A stretch of DNA of 64,000 nucleotides from Leucoraja erinacea (taxonomy: Eukaryota): assembly GCF_028641065.1 (NCBI RefSeq), contig NC_073379.1, forward strand, positions 41,850,001-41,914,000, written 5' to 3'. Position 1 is the stretch's first letter, and every line of letters starts with the position of its first letter. Under the pieces are notes generated by a model. That model ran no database searches, was not told the DNA's origin, and saw only the letters and a list, made by a program, of their open reading frames with translations. Position numbers and translations under genes: made by a program. Below are positions 10,820 to 22,935 of the stretch, one piece after another.

Positions 10820-11968
10820 CTAGACTAAGTGGGACCCTTTGGGTCCCTGTCACACAGGAGGCTTGGTCCCCCAACGCAATATTCCACCACTCACCCATAG
10901 CCCCCTACTGCACAGGCGCAGCTCATTTCCCCGCACTCTCTCCCCCTCCTCTTCACCCTCACTCTTCATTCCCCTCCCCTCCCCAAATCCCTCCCTCATC
11001 TCTCTCCCTCCCCTTTCTCCTACCCTGCCACTCCCCCCCTCCTACCTCTCTATCCCACACTCCTCACCTATCCTTCCTCACCTCCCCCACTGCTCTCACG
11101 TCCCTCTATTCCCCACTCCCTACCTCCTCCACTTCTCTACCTCTATTCCCCCTCCTCCCCACCTTACCTCTTCTTTTCCCTCTCCTCCTGCCCTCCCTTG
11201 ATCCCTCCCTCACCTCTCCTTTCCCCTATCCTCAGTCACTCACTCCCTCCTCTCCCTTACCCACCTCCCATCTTCTCCCTCTATCCCCTCTCCTTCCCCA
11301 CTCTACCTCCCCAGGATCTCGATGTTGCCGCTCCTCTCCCTTCTTGCATGCCCCGGAGGAATATCAGCCGTCGATGCGGATTCTCAGCTCGGCCCAGGGG
11401 GGGGGGGGGTTCCGGTGGGGGGGAAGGAGGGGAGGGACGGGGGGGGGGGGGGGGGGGGGGAGGAGGGGGGGGTATCAGGGGAAGGGGGAGCAGGAGCCAG
11501 CGAGGGGGGGACCAGAAGGGAAAGGGCTGGAGCTGTAGGGCGTTGCGTTTGGCAATATCGGCGACATCTCCGATTTCGCGCCGGCCCAAGCCGGGCTGGA
11601 CTGCTTCCAATCCCTCTGAAAACTGTGTCCAGTTGGAGACCTCCGTCGGCCACCCGCAGTGTCCCACAGCTCCAGTAAAGACGCGATGGCGCAGGAAGGG
11701 GCGGACCGTCCCGGGGAGTGACAGGAGAAGTGACTAATCTGCGCGGCGCTGACTGGCAGGAGAATCTGCGCATGCGCGTTTAAGATTTTTAAACCTCGCT
11801 AATTTTTACAACATACTACTGATTGGAACAAACCTTAGTGCACTCGCAGCACAGGAGAACGGTGATACCCTAACAAGAAATCGTAGCGCTATCGTGTACC
11901 TTTTTTGCGCAAATAGGAAACCGCGCAAACTGGAAGAGCACAAGATCAGAGTTTTAGTTATGTATAGA
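10820..11968 (-). mobile_element. Non-autonomous Helitron
   Basis: On the minus strand: 5' TCTATACATAAC..., 3' hairpin GGGACCC-AAA-GGGTCCC then acttagtCTAG; inserted between A and T with no TSD. Internal pyrimidine-rich tract (~10930-11310) and G-runs (~11395-11520). Confidence 0.8.
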
Positions 11969-12479
11969 TAGATGGTTCAGCATAAGATTCAGAATCAAGA
12001 GAAAATTCAACGGTCTCCCTACTTACATTGCCTTCAATAAGGGCTTGACTGATTATATGCCTCACCTTTTTTTCCTGAGGCCTCCTATCCTCCGATTCTC
12101 TCCACGTCCAAAAAACATATTCAAGGTCTCCAACTTGAATATATTCAGCCAGAGCTCTCATCAGCTCATTCTAAATGGCTGACCACTGTGACTGTGTGCC
12201 CTGGTTCTAAACTCACCAATGTGAGCAAATAGCTTTTCTGCATTTCCCTGTCAATTTCTTTCAAAATAGATTATTTGTCATCCTATTAAAAATGTACAAG
12301 CTAATCTTGGTTACTTTAGCAACTACTTCATCCTAGGTGTGAAGCTAGTGAATCTATGCTGCAAGACTACAAAACAATTGCAACCTTCTTTACATGCAGA
12401 GCCCAACATTCCACAGTTCTCCAAATGAGCCATCACCAAATTCCTGTATAAGCTTATTAAAACTACTTTACAATAACAT

Positions 12480-13300
12480 CCACTATTGTAGATGATATGG
12501 AAAGTGGTGATGTTGCTAATGTTGAAGGGGATAATTTTAATTTATAGATATTGATCAGCTGGTAAATTTTGTGGAGCAATGGTGGATGGAATTTAGTCTT
12601 GGAAAATGTGAGGTCAAATAACATAAGAACATGCGCCATGAATGGTCGGGCCCAAGAGAGCATTGAGGAACAGACCTTGATGTACAAATCCATTGATTTC
12701 TGTATGTGGCAGGACAGGTAGATGGGGGATACGGATGGCAAAGAAGGCATATGGGATGCTGACTATTAATAGATGCTGCATAAGAGCACAAAGGTCATGG
12801 TACAACTTTAAGACATTAGTTATACCACATATTCTACATTAAGTATGGTGTGCAATTCTGGTTGCCATAGTATAGAATGGATGTTACCGGCAAACCCACA
12901 GGTCTTTGGTATGTTGGAGGAAACCAGATTACAAGAATGAAGCCACGTGGTCGCAGGGAAAACGTGCCAACTCCACATGGGCAGCACCCGAGATCTGGAT
13001 TTAATCTGGGTCTTTTGTGCTGCGAGGCAGCAGTTTTATCTGTTGAGCTGTTGTGCTGCCCAGTGAAGAGTAAAGAGGTTTGAGGGGGATCTGAGGAAAA
13101 TAAAACCATGCAGAATTTGACAACAGGAATGCACAGCCTAAGAAGGTCGTGAAAGCAGGTACACTGACAACATTTAAGTATCTGAACAGCACCTGAATCA
13201 CTAAAACATATAAAGCTATGGAGTAAGTGTAGTAAATATTAATTATAGATGGGTACTTGCTGGTCAACAAGGATGCTAGAAAAGCCTGTTCCATTCTCTA
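12480..13300. mobile_element. Degenerate CR1 (+) interrupted by a V-SINE (-, ~12886-13060)
   Basis: CR1-like tggtgtgcaattctggttgcca and decayed 3' UTR; reverse-complement V-domain/tRNA head in the middle. Confidence 0.55.
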
Positions 13301-14889
13301 CGATTCAATTACGGTTTGCCTTCTTACTTGTTTGCTCTACCTGCATATTTATTTCCTGTGGCTGATGATCAACGTATCAAGATCCATTCTTACACCAATA
13401 TTTATCCACTCACCCAAAGGAAACAAATAAATGTTGAGGATTTTATGGTTAATTTATAATGACCTCAACACTTTTCTTTGGAGTTTAACTGTCAATCACA
13501 ATGTTGAATTTTCCAATGATTAAGTATCCAAAAATCACAGTTGATGTATCTCCATACACATGACTTTGCCCAATTTCCCTGATATTTTTAAGGTACTTTA
13601 GGTATCAGAACTAATTCATGCTGGCTTAATCTTATGTATCAGCATATTCTCGTAATAATTTCTCTCCTGTGTTTTTATCTGTAAACTGATGCATCTCTTC
13701 TCTTCATCTAAATTATTCCATGTGATAGAGAGTTTCACACTCTCACCAGTCTCCGAGTGAAGGAGTTTCTTCTGAATTCCTCATTGGATATATTAGTGAG
13801 AAAGAAAAATGGAAAACAAATACAGTCAACTCCACTTTTTTCCCCCCCAATGTCCTTGGAAATCCACATGACACCTAGTATAATGCACTTGGAAATTATA
13901 CATTTCAGCTTCCTATACAGGCTCCAATTTCAAAGCTGCAAGAAGAGAGCAAAATTCTCACTGACTCAGAAAATGTGGTACAGAGATGCAACAATCTGAT
14001 TAGCAACTGTAAGTGTCTCCCCTTAATGATGTGCAGGATTTACAACACCTTTTCGACAGAAATTCAGAGTTATTTTTGTAAATGTTACAAGGCATTTCCC
14101 AATGAAGTAGTTCACTCTCATCAAATCTTTTATGTTCTGGATCTGACTTGATGACAATGTGATATGTTTTTTACTGTATAGTAGATACGAAAGAAAAGAA
14201 AAAGTAATGTTAAAGGAATGCGAAAATAAAGAAATTATTTACCCCTGCATTTCAATAGATTGTTCATATATTATCCCAGAGGACAACCCAATACTTTATT
14301 TAACATTACCTAAAATATAATATTTCACTTTACTTAATGAAGTGGTACCAATTTCTCTTCCTAATCTTGGATACGTGTATTTACTGGTGATATAAATGAT
14401 AGATTCTAAACCAGTAAATGGAAGCCTTTTGCAGTCATTTAATACAACAGCTGCAACATTTGTCTTGGCAATTGTGGATGCACATGTACCCATGAAGCAT
14501 GGAACCAAACAATATAAATGATACTGTTTTTACCGTACTCAAGTTCAAATAATTCAACGTTTATGACTAAATTTAGCATACTTGACTTAAGCGTGCCTTT
14601 CCATTGCTTTGTTAATATTAATGTCACAGAGCCCGACAAGATAAAGGAGCTGAAATAAGAGCTAAAATTACTGGAAATACTCAGAAGGTTAACCAGCCTC
14701 CATGGATACAGAGAAATCATATCAGCTAGATAACTCTAGATCAGAACAGGTCAAAGATAAAGGGCAATATTTAATGGAATTGCAGGCAGGAAATGAGGGA
14801 CGAGGGAGCAGAAGTAAATAGTTTGTGATAGCATCGATGGCAGATTAAATTGGATTTTAATAAAGGACAGGGAAAGGAAAAAAGACGTT

Positions 14890-16870
14890 GATAGACACAA
14901 AATGTTAGAGTAACACAGCATCTCTGGAGAAAAGGATTAGGTGACATTTCAGTACAAGACCCTTCATCAGACTGACAGTCAGGGAGGGGGACACTAGAGG
15001 TATGGGAAGGTAAAGATTGTGGGCTGTCTGAGGAAAGGTGCAGCCCACATTGTTGACTGAGGACAAGGTGATAACGAGGGGATATGAGCAGTGAAACCAG
15101 CAAGACAACCAGGAAAGAGATGGAATGCAAGGGTTACTTGAAGTTGGAGAAATCAATGTTAATGTCGCTGGGGAGTAAGCTAGCCCAAGCAAAATATGAG
15201 GTGCTGTTCCTCCAAACAGATTGTGGCCTCTGACAGTGGAGGAGGCTCAGGACAGAAAGGTTGGTATGGGAGTGGGAAGGGGATTGGTACTGGGGAAACC
15301 ATGTAGGCCAAGGCGGACTGAGCATAGGTGTTCAGCAAAACGATCGCCCAGTCTACGCTTCGTCTCGCCAATATACAGGAGTACACAGCAAGAACACCGA
15401 ATAGAGTAGGTAGACAAAAGTGCTGGAGAACCTCAGCGAGTGCGGCAGCATCTACTGAGCGAAGGAAATGGGCAACGTTTCAGGCCGAAACCCTTCTTCA
15501 GACCAGGAGTTGAGGGGGGCTTTACCTCCCCCTTCAACTCCATTCAAGGACCCAAGCAGTCGTTCCAGGTGTGACAGAGGCTCATCTGCACCTCCTCCAA
15601 CCTCATCTATTGCATCCGCTGCTCTAGATGTCAGCAGATCTACATCGGTGAGACCAAGCGTAGCCTTGGCGATCGTTTCGCCGAACACCTCCTCTCGGTC
15701 CGCAATAACCAACCTGATCTCCCGGTGGCTCAGCACTTCCCCTCCCATTCTGAATCCGACCTTTCTGTCCTGGGCCTCCTCCATGGCCAAAGTGAGCACC
15801 ACAGGAAATTGGAGGAGCAGCACCTCATATTTCGCTTGGGCAGTTTATACCCCAGCAGCATGAACATTTACTTCTCCAATTTCCGGTTGCCCTTATTGTC
15901 TCCTCCTCTTCTCAGCTCTCCCTCAGCCCTCTGGCTCCTCCTCTTCCTTTCTTCTTCCTTCCCTCCCCCCACATCAGTCTGAAGAAGGGTTTCGGCCCGA
16001 AATGTTGCCAATTTCCTGCCTCACCCGCTGAGTTTCTCCAGCACTTTTGTCTACCTTCAATTTTCCAGCATCTGCAGTTCCTTCTTAAACACCGAATACA
16101 GTAGATTGGGTTGGAGGAAATGCGAGTGAACCTCTGCCTCACCTGAAAGGACTGTCGGGGTCCCTGAATAGCATTGAGTGAGGAGGTGTAGGGACAGGTG
16201 TTGCATCTCCTGCAGTTGCAGGGGAAAGTACCTGGGGAGGGGGTGATTTGGGTGGGGAGGGTTGGAAACCAGGGAGTTTCGGAGGGAACGGAAAGCGGTG
16301 GAGATGGGAAGATGTGACTGGTAGTGGGATCTCATTGCAGGTGAAAATGTCAGAGGTGCTGTATGCAAAGGCTGCTGGGGTGAAAGATGACGACAAGGGG
16401 GACTGCCCCTGGTGTGACTGGGGCAAAGGAAGCAAGTGCCGAGAACACACGTGTGAGAGCATTATCCATGATAAAAGTGGCGAACCCCTGTTCCCAAAAG
16501 AATGAGGACATCTCGGATGTTCCTGTATGTCCTGTGTTGGGCGCAGTTGCGGCAGAGATAGAGGAATTGGGAGTAGAGGATAGAATCTTTGCAGGGTGGG
16601 AAGAAACGTAGTCCCGATAGCTGTGGGACTCAGTAGTTTTGAAATAGTCGTCAGTTGATAGTCTATCTACTGTGATAGAGACAGTGAGATCAAGAACGGG
16701 GAGGGAGGTGTTGGAGATGGTCCAAGTGAATTTGAGAGCAGGATGGAAATTGGTAGTGAGGTTAATGAAGTTCATGAGTTCTTTCTGGGTACAGGAGGTA
16801 GCCTCGATGCAGTCATGAATGTAGCGGATATAGAGTTCCAGGATAAGGCCAGTGTATGCCTGGAGATGGA
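14890..16870 (-). mobile_element. Penelope-like element (host copy) split by a nested PLE
   Basis: Minus-strand NFINLTTNFHPALKFTWTIS, RQRFTRISSNPIYCIRC and LEEQHLIFCLG; terminal module at ~14890-14975; reading continues across the 15410-16087 insertion. Confidence 0.82.
15410..16087 (+). mobile_element. Nested Penelope-like element (inverted 5' module + GIY-YIG fragment + 3' module)
   Basis: TSD AACACCGAATA[G/C]AGTAG at 15393-15409 and 16088-16104; GIY-YIG coding DNA (atctattgcatccgctgc...tacatcggtgagaccaagcg = IYCIRC..YIGETKR). Confidence 0.88.
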
Positions 16871-17533
16871 GACGCTACCACTTTTGAATGGCCTGTGTCC
16901 ATTTTTAAGTTATGTCCTCTTGTTTTGGGATGTATTGGAGAATATAATTTACTTTAGTTAGAGATACAGCATGGAAACAGGCCCTTGGACCCACCAAGTC
17001 TACACTAACCATCTAGCACCCATTAACATAGATTCTCTCTAATCTACCTTTGCAATTCTTTTAATCAACTTGAACATTTCAATTATGTGAAAGGATGAAC
17101 TTTCAAATGTTCACATTCTCCTAATACAATCACTGTGCATTGAAATGAGTTAGCGGCAGGTGCACATGGTGTTAATTGCACTTTAGAATTGTTAACAGTA
17201 CCATATGGTTCTTGCTGCTATCACACATGAAGCACCGTCAGTGCTCCTCTGTTACCAGAGCAACAACCATGAACCATTGGGACTATCTTTATCAGTATTT
17301 CACAGGGAGGCTCCAATTGCACAAAAGATTTGAAAGTTTACAGTACATTCTTCTTGTTTTTAAGTTACCCCACTTAGTTTACACAAGGGATTCACAAGCA
17401 ATTGCCAAAACAGAGAATTCAAGTTCCAAAATATCAAAAGTTGATATCAAATGAAAGTAGCTGTTGACATTTTATTGCATATAGATATGAATCTTATTTT
17501 GTCTTGTTAAAATGCAACTTTTAATTTCATCGC

Positions 17534-17625
17534 CTGAAGAAGGGTCACAACCCGAAACGTCACCTGTCCATTTCCTCTTAAGATGCTACTGACGCGTTGA
17601 GTACTTCCAGGACTTTGTGTTTTGG
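17534..17625 (+). mobile_element. PLE terminal module with intact hammerhead-like core
   Basis: CTGAAGA A GGGT CACA ACCC GAAA CGTC at 17534-17561. Confidence 0.7.
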
Positions 17626-17639
17626 TCTGAATTTCAAAA

Positions 17640-19040
17640 ATGATATCACCTACTTTAGTATCATCTGTAAACGTACTAATCATGTTTTGTACGTTCTCAT
17701 CCAAATAATTAATATAGATGACAAACACCAATCAGCCCAGTACCAATTCTTCAGGCACACACACACAGGCCTCCACTATGAAATACAATCTTCCACCACC
17801 ACCCTCTGTTCCTTACCATGAATCCAATTCTGTATCCAGTTTGCCTGCTCTCCCATATCATCTAACCTTCTAGAGCAACCTACTATGCGGAACTTTAGTC
17901 CATATACACTATGTCTACAGCCCTGCCATTGTTAACATTCTTGGATACTTCAAAAAACTCAATCAAATTTATGAGACATTATCTTCCATGTGCAAAATCA
18001 TGCTGATAATCCCTAATCAAACTATGTCTATCGAAATGCATGTCGACCTTAACCTCAGAATCCTTGAGTAATGTTTCTACACCAAATTCAGAATTACTGG
18101 TCCACATCTATCCAGATTTTCCTTTGCAGCCCTTTTTAAATAGAGACACAACATTATCCATCCTGTAATCATCCAGCACCTCACTCATGTCCAAAGATTC
18201 ATATATCTAAGCCAAGACTCCTGCAATTTTTTCCGTAATTTCCCACAATGCACTTGGATATATCTGATCAGGCCTGGGAATTCTCTCATCATACGTCTTG
18301 GAATATCTAGCGCATCTTTGACTGTAATACAGACTATCCTCAAGACATCTCCACTACTGCCCCAAGTTCCCTAGTCCTCATGTCTTCCTCTGCAGAGGAG
18401 TAATATTCATTGAGGACATTGCCCAATCTCCTGAGGTTCCATGCATAGATAAGGCAAATGGGATGCTGGCCATTATTAAGTGCAGTATAAGAGCACAGAA
18501 GTCATGGTACGACTTTATAAGACGTTGGTTATACCACGCATTCATACAATAAGTATTGTGTGCAATTCTGGTTGCCACAGTATAGAACAGATGTGATTGC
18601 TTCAGCAAAGTACACGACTGATTTACCCTGATGTTGCCAGGTATGGAACAGGCCTCCTCTCTGATTCCCAACAGCTCTCAATTCCCAATCATCCAAAAAC
18701 CTTTTTATTTCCTCTTTAAGTAATCCCCATGTTCTAGTCTCCGCAGCTTTCCATGATAGATAATTCCAAAGATTCACGACCCTCTGTGAGAGGTTTTAAA
18801 TTACTTCCACAATTTTGTAACTAACTACATTCCCTCATTCAATATTCTCACATGTGGATAACTTCTACCCCTTCAAGGATCATGCCCCTTCAAGGATCTT
18901 GAATGCTTCATTAAGATCACCCCTATTCTCCTAAACCCCAAAGAACATGAATCTAATTTCTTTAGCTGCCTTTAACAGGATCACAACCCAACTCCAGCAG
19001 TTATCCTGGCATATCTCTTTTGAACTGCTCTAATGCCAAT
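17640..19040. mobile_element. Cluster of decayed CR1 fragments
   Basis: Minus-strand VIYINYLDENVQNMISTFTDDTKVG; + strand fragment ~18455-18640; minus-strand 3' fragment ~18670-19040 that resumes after the Tc1 element (~20600-21060). Confidence 0.65.
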
Positions 19041-19041
19041 A

Positions 19042-20598
19042 CAGTGTATTCAGAAAGTATTCAGACCCCTTCACTTTTCCCACATTTTGTTACATTACAG
19101 CCTTATTCTAAAATGGATTAATTTTTTTTTTTTAAATCATCAACCTGCACACAATAACCCATAATAATGTGAAAACGGGTATTTTGAAATTTTTGCAAAG
19201 TAATAAAAAAAATATAACTGAAATAACATTTACATAGGTATTCAGAACCTTTACACGAGGCACCTTTGGCAGCGATTACAGCCTCAAGTCTTCATGGGTA
19301 TGACGCTACAAGCCTGGCACACCTGTATTTGGGTCATTTCTCCCATTCTTCTCTGCAGATCCTCTCAAGCTCTGTCAGGTTGGATGGGGAGCGTCGATGT
19401 ACAGCAATTTTCAGGTCCCTCCAGAGATGTTCGATCGGGTTCAAGTCCAGGCTCTGGCTGGGCCTCCAAAGGACATTCACAGACTTGTCACAAAGCCACC
19501 CCTGTGTTGTCTTGGCTATGTGCTTAGGGTCATTGTCCTGTTGGAAGGTGAACCTCCACCCCCATCTGAGGTCCAGAACGCTATGGAGCAGGTTTTAATC
19601 AATGATCGCTCTGTGCTCCCTTAATCTTTCCCTCGATCCTGACTAGTCTCCCAGTTACTGCCGCTGAAAAACATCCCCACAGCATGATGCTACCACCACC
19701 ATGCTTCACCGTAGGTATGGTATTGGCCAGGTGATGAGCAGTGCCTGGTTTCCTCCAGACGTGACGCTTGGCATTCAGGCCAAAGAGTTCAATCTTGGTT
19801 TCATCAGACCAGAGAATTTCCCATGCCTTTTGGCAAACTCCAAGAGGGCTGTCAGGTGCCTTTTACTGAGGAGTGGCTTCCGTCTGGCCACTCTACCATA
19901 AACGCCTGATTGGTGGAGTGCTGCAGATATAGTTGTCATTCTGGAAGGTTCTCCCATCTCCACAGAGGATCTCTGGTGCTCTACCAGTGACCATCGGGTT
20001 CTTGGTCACCTCCTTGACCAAGGCCCTTCTCCCCTGATTGCTCAGTTCTATGAAGAGTCCTGGTGGATTCAAAGTTCTTCCATTTAAGAATGACGGAAGC
20101 CACTGTGTGCTTCGGGACCTGCAATGCTGCAGAAATTGTTTTATACCCATAACCAGATCTGGCTCGACACAATCCTGTCTTGGAGGTCTACGGACAATTC
20201 CTTTGTCTTCATTGCTTGCTTTTTGCTCTGACATGCACTGTCAACTGTGGGGCCTTATAAAGACAGGTGCCTTTCCAAATCATGTCCAATCAATTTAATT
20301 TACCACTGGTGGACTCCAATCAAGTTGTAGAAACAACTCAAGGATAATCAATGGAAACAGGATGAACCTAAGCTCAATTTTGAGTGTCATAGCAAAGGGT
20401 CTGAATACTTATGTAAATGTGATATTTTAGTTATTAAATATCTTACTTTGCAAAAAATTCTAAACACCTGTTTTCGCTTCTTCTTTCTGGGATATTGTGT
20501 TGATGATAAAACATTTTTTTAATCCATTTAAAAATAAGGCTGTAACATAACAAAATGTGGAAAAGGTGAAGGGGTCTAAATACTTTCTGAATGCACTG
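19042..20598 (-). mobile_element. Tc1-like DNA transposon (IR/DR type), defective transposase
   Basis: Long (~210 bp) TIRs starting CAGTG[T/C]ATTCAGAAAGTATT[C/T]AGACCCCTT with an inner direct repeat (~19239, ~20395); TA on the left, CA on the right; minus-strand transposase pieces [54 protein letters not shown]. Confidence 0.93.
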
Positions 20599-21586
20599 CA
20601 TGTGCTTCCTTAAATAAGGAGGAGCAAAGCTGTGTAGAGTAGTCCAGGTGTGGCCTCACTAGTTCCCCCCCCTCCACATTTTTAACAATCCTTATTGTAA
20701 AACTCCAACCTTCTTGCAATAAAGGCCTATAAGCAAATTTGTCTTCCTAATCACTTGTTGCACTTTCATGCTAACCTTTTATGATTCACGCATACGAATA
20801 CATAGATCCTTCTGTACTTCACACCTACAATCTTTCTTCATTTGGATAAGTGTCTGCCTTTAGATTACTCATGCCAAATTAAACGAGCACATACTTTTCC
20901 ACATTATACCCCAAAGGTCAAGTTGTTGCCCATTCATTCACCTTATTTATATCCCATTGAAGAATCCAAATATTCTCATCACAACATGCTGTTCCACTTA
21001 TTTTTGTGCAATTAGCAAATTTGGATACATTATACGATGTTCCCGCCATAAATAATTGAGGGCAAAGAAATGATCCTGAGTCGCAAAAGTAGTTATATAC
21101 GTTCAGCCTGAAAAAAAACTATTTATTCCAAATTTCTGTCTCCTATGTGATAACCATGCTGATCATTATGTCCTCAATTGATAAGAAAGCTACTATTGCA
21201 CGTACAGTATATAACACCCTCTGTAAGTGTGGAGTAAATTCCATTTAAGAATACAACTCTATCTATGCATTGTGACAAGGTGAAATGTTAATTATGTTTT
21301 CTTTTCCACAAATGCTGCCTGACCTGCTAAGAATTTTCTATTTTAGTTTCTATTTCTTTATTCTCCAATTGCATATGGTTCTCCAATGGCACAGTACATC
21401 TTGGCACCTTTGCATTAGTGCCATAAATGGGTCACTATCCTCGGCAGCAGTTGCATTCTTGAGGGGCCTGCATAGCCACGCAATATGTCCTATCCAGTAC
21501 CTATTAAAAGGATTGAATCTCCTTAAGTAGGTATATTGATGCTGGGTAATTGTGTTATTACTGACTCAATATCTTGCTCGCTGTTC

Positions 21587-21896
21587 ATAGAAACATGGAA
21601 ACATAGAAATTAGGTGCAGGAGTAGGCCATTCTGCCCTTCGAGCCTGCACCGCCATTCAATATGATCATGGCTGATCATCCAACTCAGTATCCCGTACCT
21701 GCCTTCTCTCCATACCCTCTGATCCCCTTAGCCACAAGGGCCAGCTCTAACTCCCTCTTAAATATAGCCAATGAACTGTGGCCTCAACTACCTTCTGTGG
21801 CAGAGAGTTCCAAAGATTCACCACTCTCTGTGTGAAAAAAGTTCTCATCTCGGTTTTAAAGGATTTCCCCCTTATCCTTAAGCTGTGACCCCTTGT
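21587..21896 (-). mobile_element. CR1 3' end
   Basis: TRGHSLRIRGKSFKTEMRTFFTQRVVNLWNSLP; (TTTCTATG)n tail. Confidence 0.9.
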
Positions 21897-22540
21897 ACCA
21901 AACAAAAAATGGTCAATGCCCTTTCCATTCAATAGCTTTCTCAACCTTCAGATAGAGCTAGAGAATGGAAATAGGCCTTTCAGCCCACTCGTCCATGCTG
22001 ACCATATTGCCTAACCAAGTTAGTCACATTTGCCTGTGCCTGGACAATATCCCTCCTATGCATCTACCTGTCCAAGTGTTTTGTTGTAATTGTGCCTGTC
22101 TACTACAGATTTAGTGTATCGAACTGTTTTGCTTGAATTCTCCTGTTTGTCATCCAAATGGGTAGACATTGTCTGGTCCATAATGAGTATTGACCTCCCA
22201 CCATCACAGGGATCAACACAAAGTGCTGCCTCAAGAAGCCAGGCAATATCATAAAATATCTGAACCACCCTGGCCATGCTCTCTTCTCACTACTACCATT
22301 TGGAAAGAAAGGACAGGAGCCTGAGAACCGTTACCTCAAGGTTCAAGAACAGCTCCTTCCCATTAACCATCAGGCTCCAGAACCGCACCCACACAATCCT
22401 CACGACAACCCCCTCAACATCAAATTGCTATTTGCTTTGCATCGGCTGTATTACGTACTTCGGTCTGGTTAGGTTACATAGCTGATATTAACTGATAATA
22501 TATTGTACTATTGTTTATTATATATTTAATTGTTGTATTA

Positions 22541-22935
22541 AACATGGAACATAGAAACATAGAAATTAGGTGCAGGAGTAGGCCATTCGGCTCTTCGAGC
22601 CTGCACCGCCATTCAATATGATCATGGCTGATCATCCAACTCAGTATCCCGTACCTGCCTTCTCTCCATACCCCCTGATCCCTTTAGCCACAAGGGCCAC
22701 ATCTAACTCCCTCTTAAATATAGCCAATGAACTGGCCTCAACTACCCTCTGCGGCAGAGAGTTCCAGAGATTCACCACTCTCTGTGTGAAAAAAGTTCTT
22801 CTCATCTCGGTTTTAAAGTATTTCCCCCTTATCCTTAAGCTGTGACCCCTTGTCCTGGACTTCCCTAACATCGGGAACAATCTTCCTGCATCTAGCCTGT
22901 CCAACCCCTTAAGAATTTTGTAAGTTTCTATAAGA
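22541..22935 (-). mobile_element. CR1 3' end (same subfamily as 21587 and 62486)
   Basis: LIETYKILKGLDRLDAGRLFPMLGKSRTRGHSLRIRG...; (TTTCTATG)n tail. Confidence 0.92.

Noticed and set aside
10792-11773. Long Pro/Ser/Gly-rich ORFs on both strands
   Set aside because: Artefacts of low-complexity C/T and G tracts inside the Helitron.
14296-14508. 70-aa minus-strand ORF in unique-looking DNA
   Set aside because: No recognisable homology and no consistent splice sites or partner exons.
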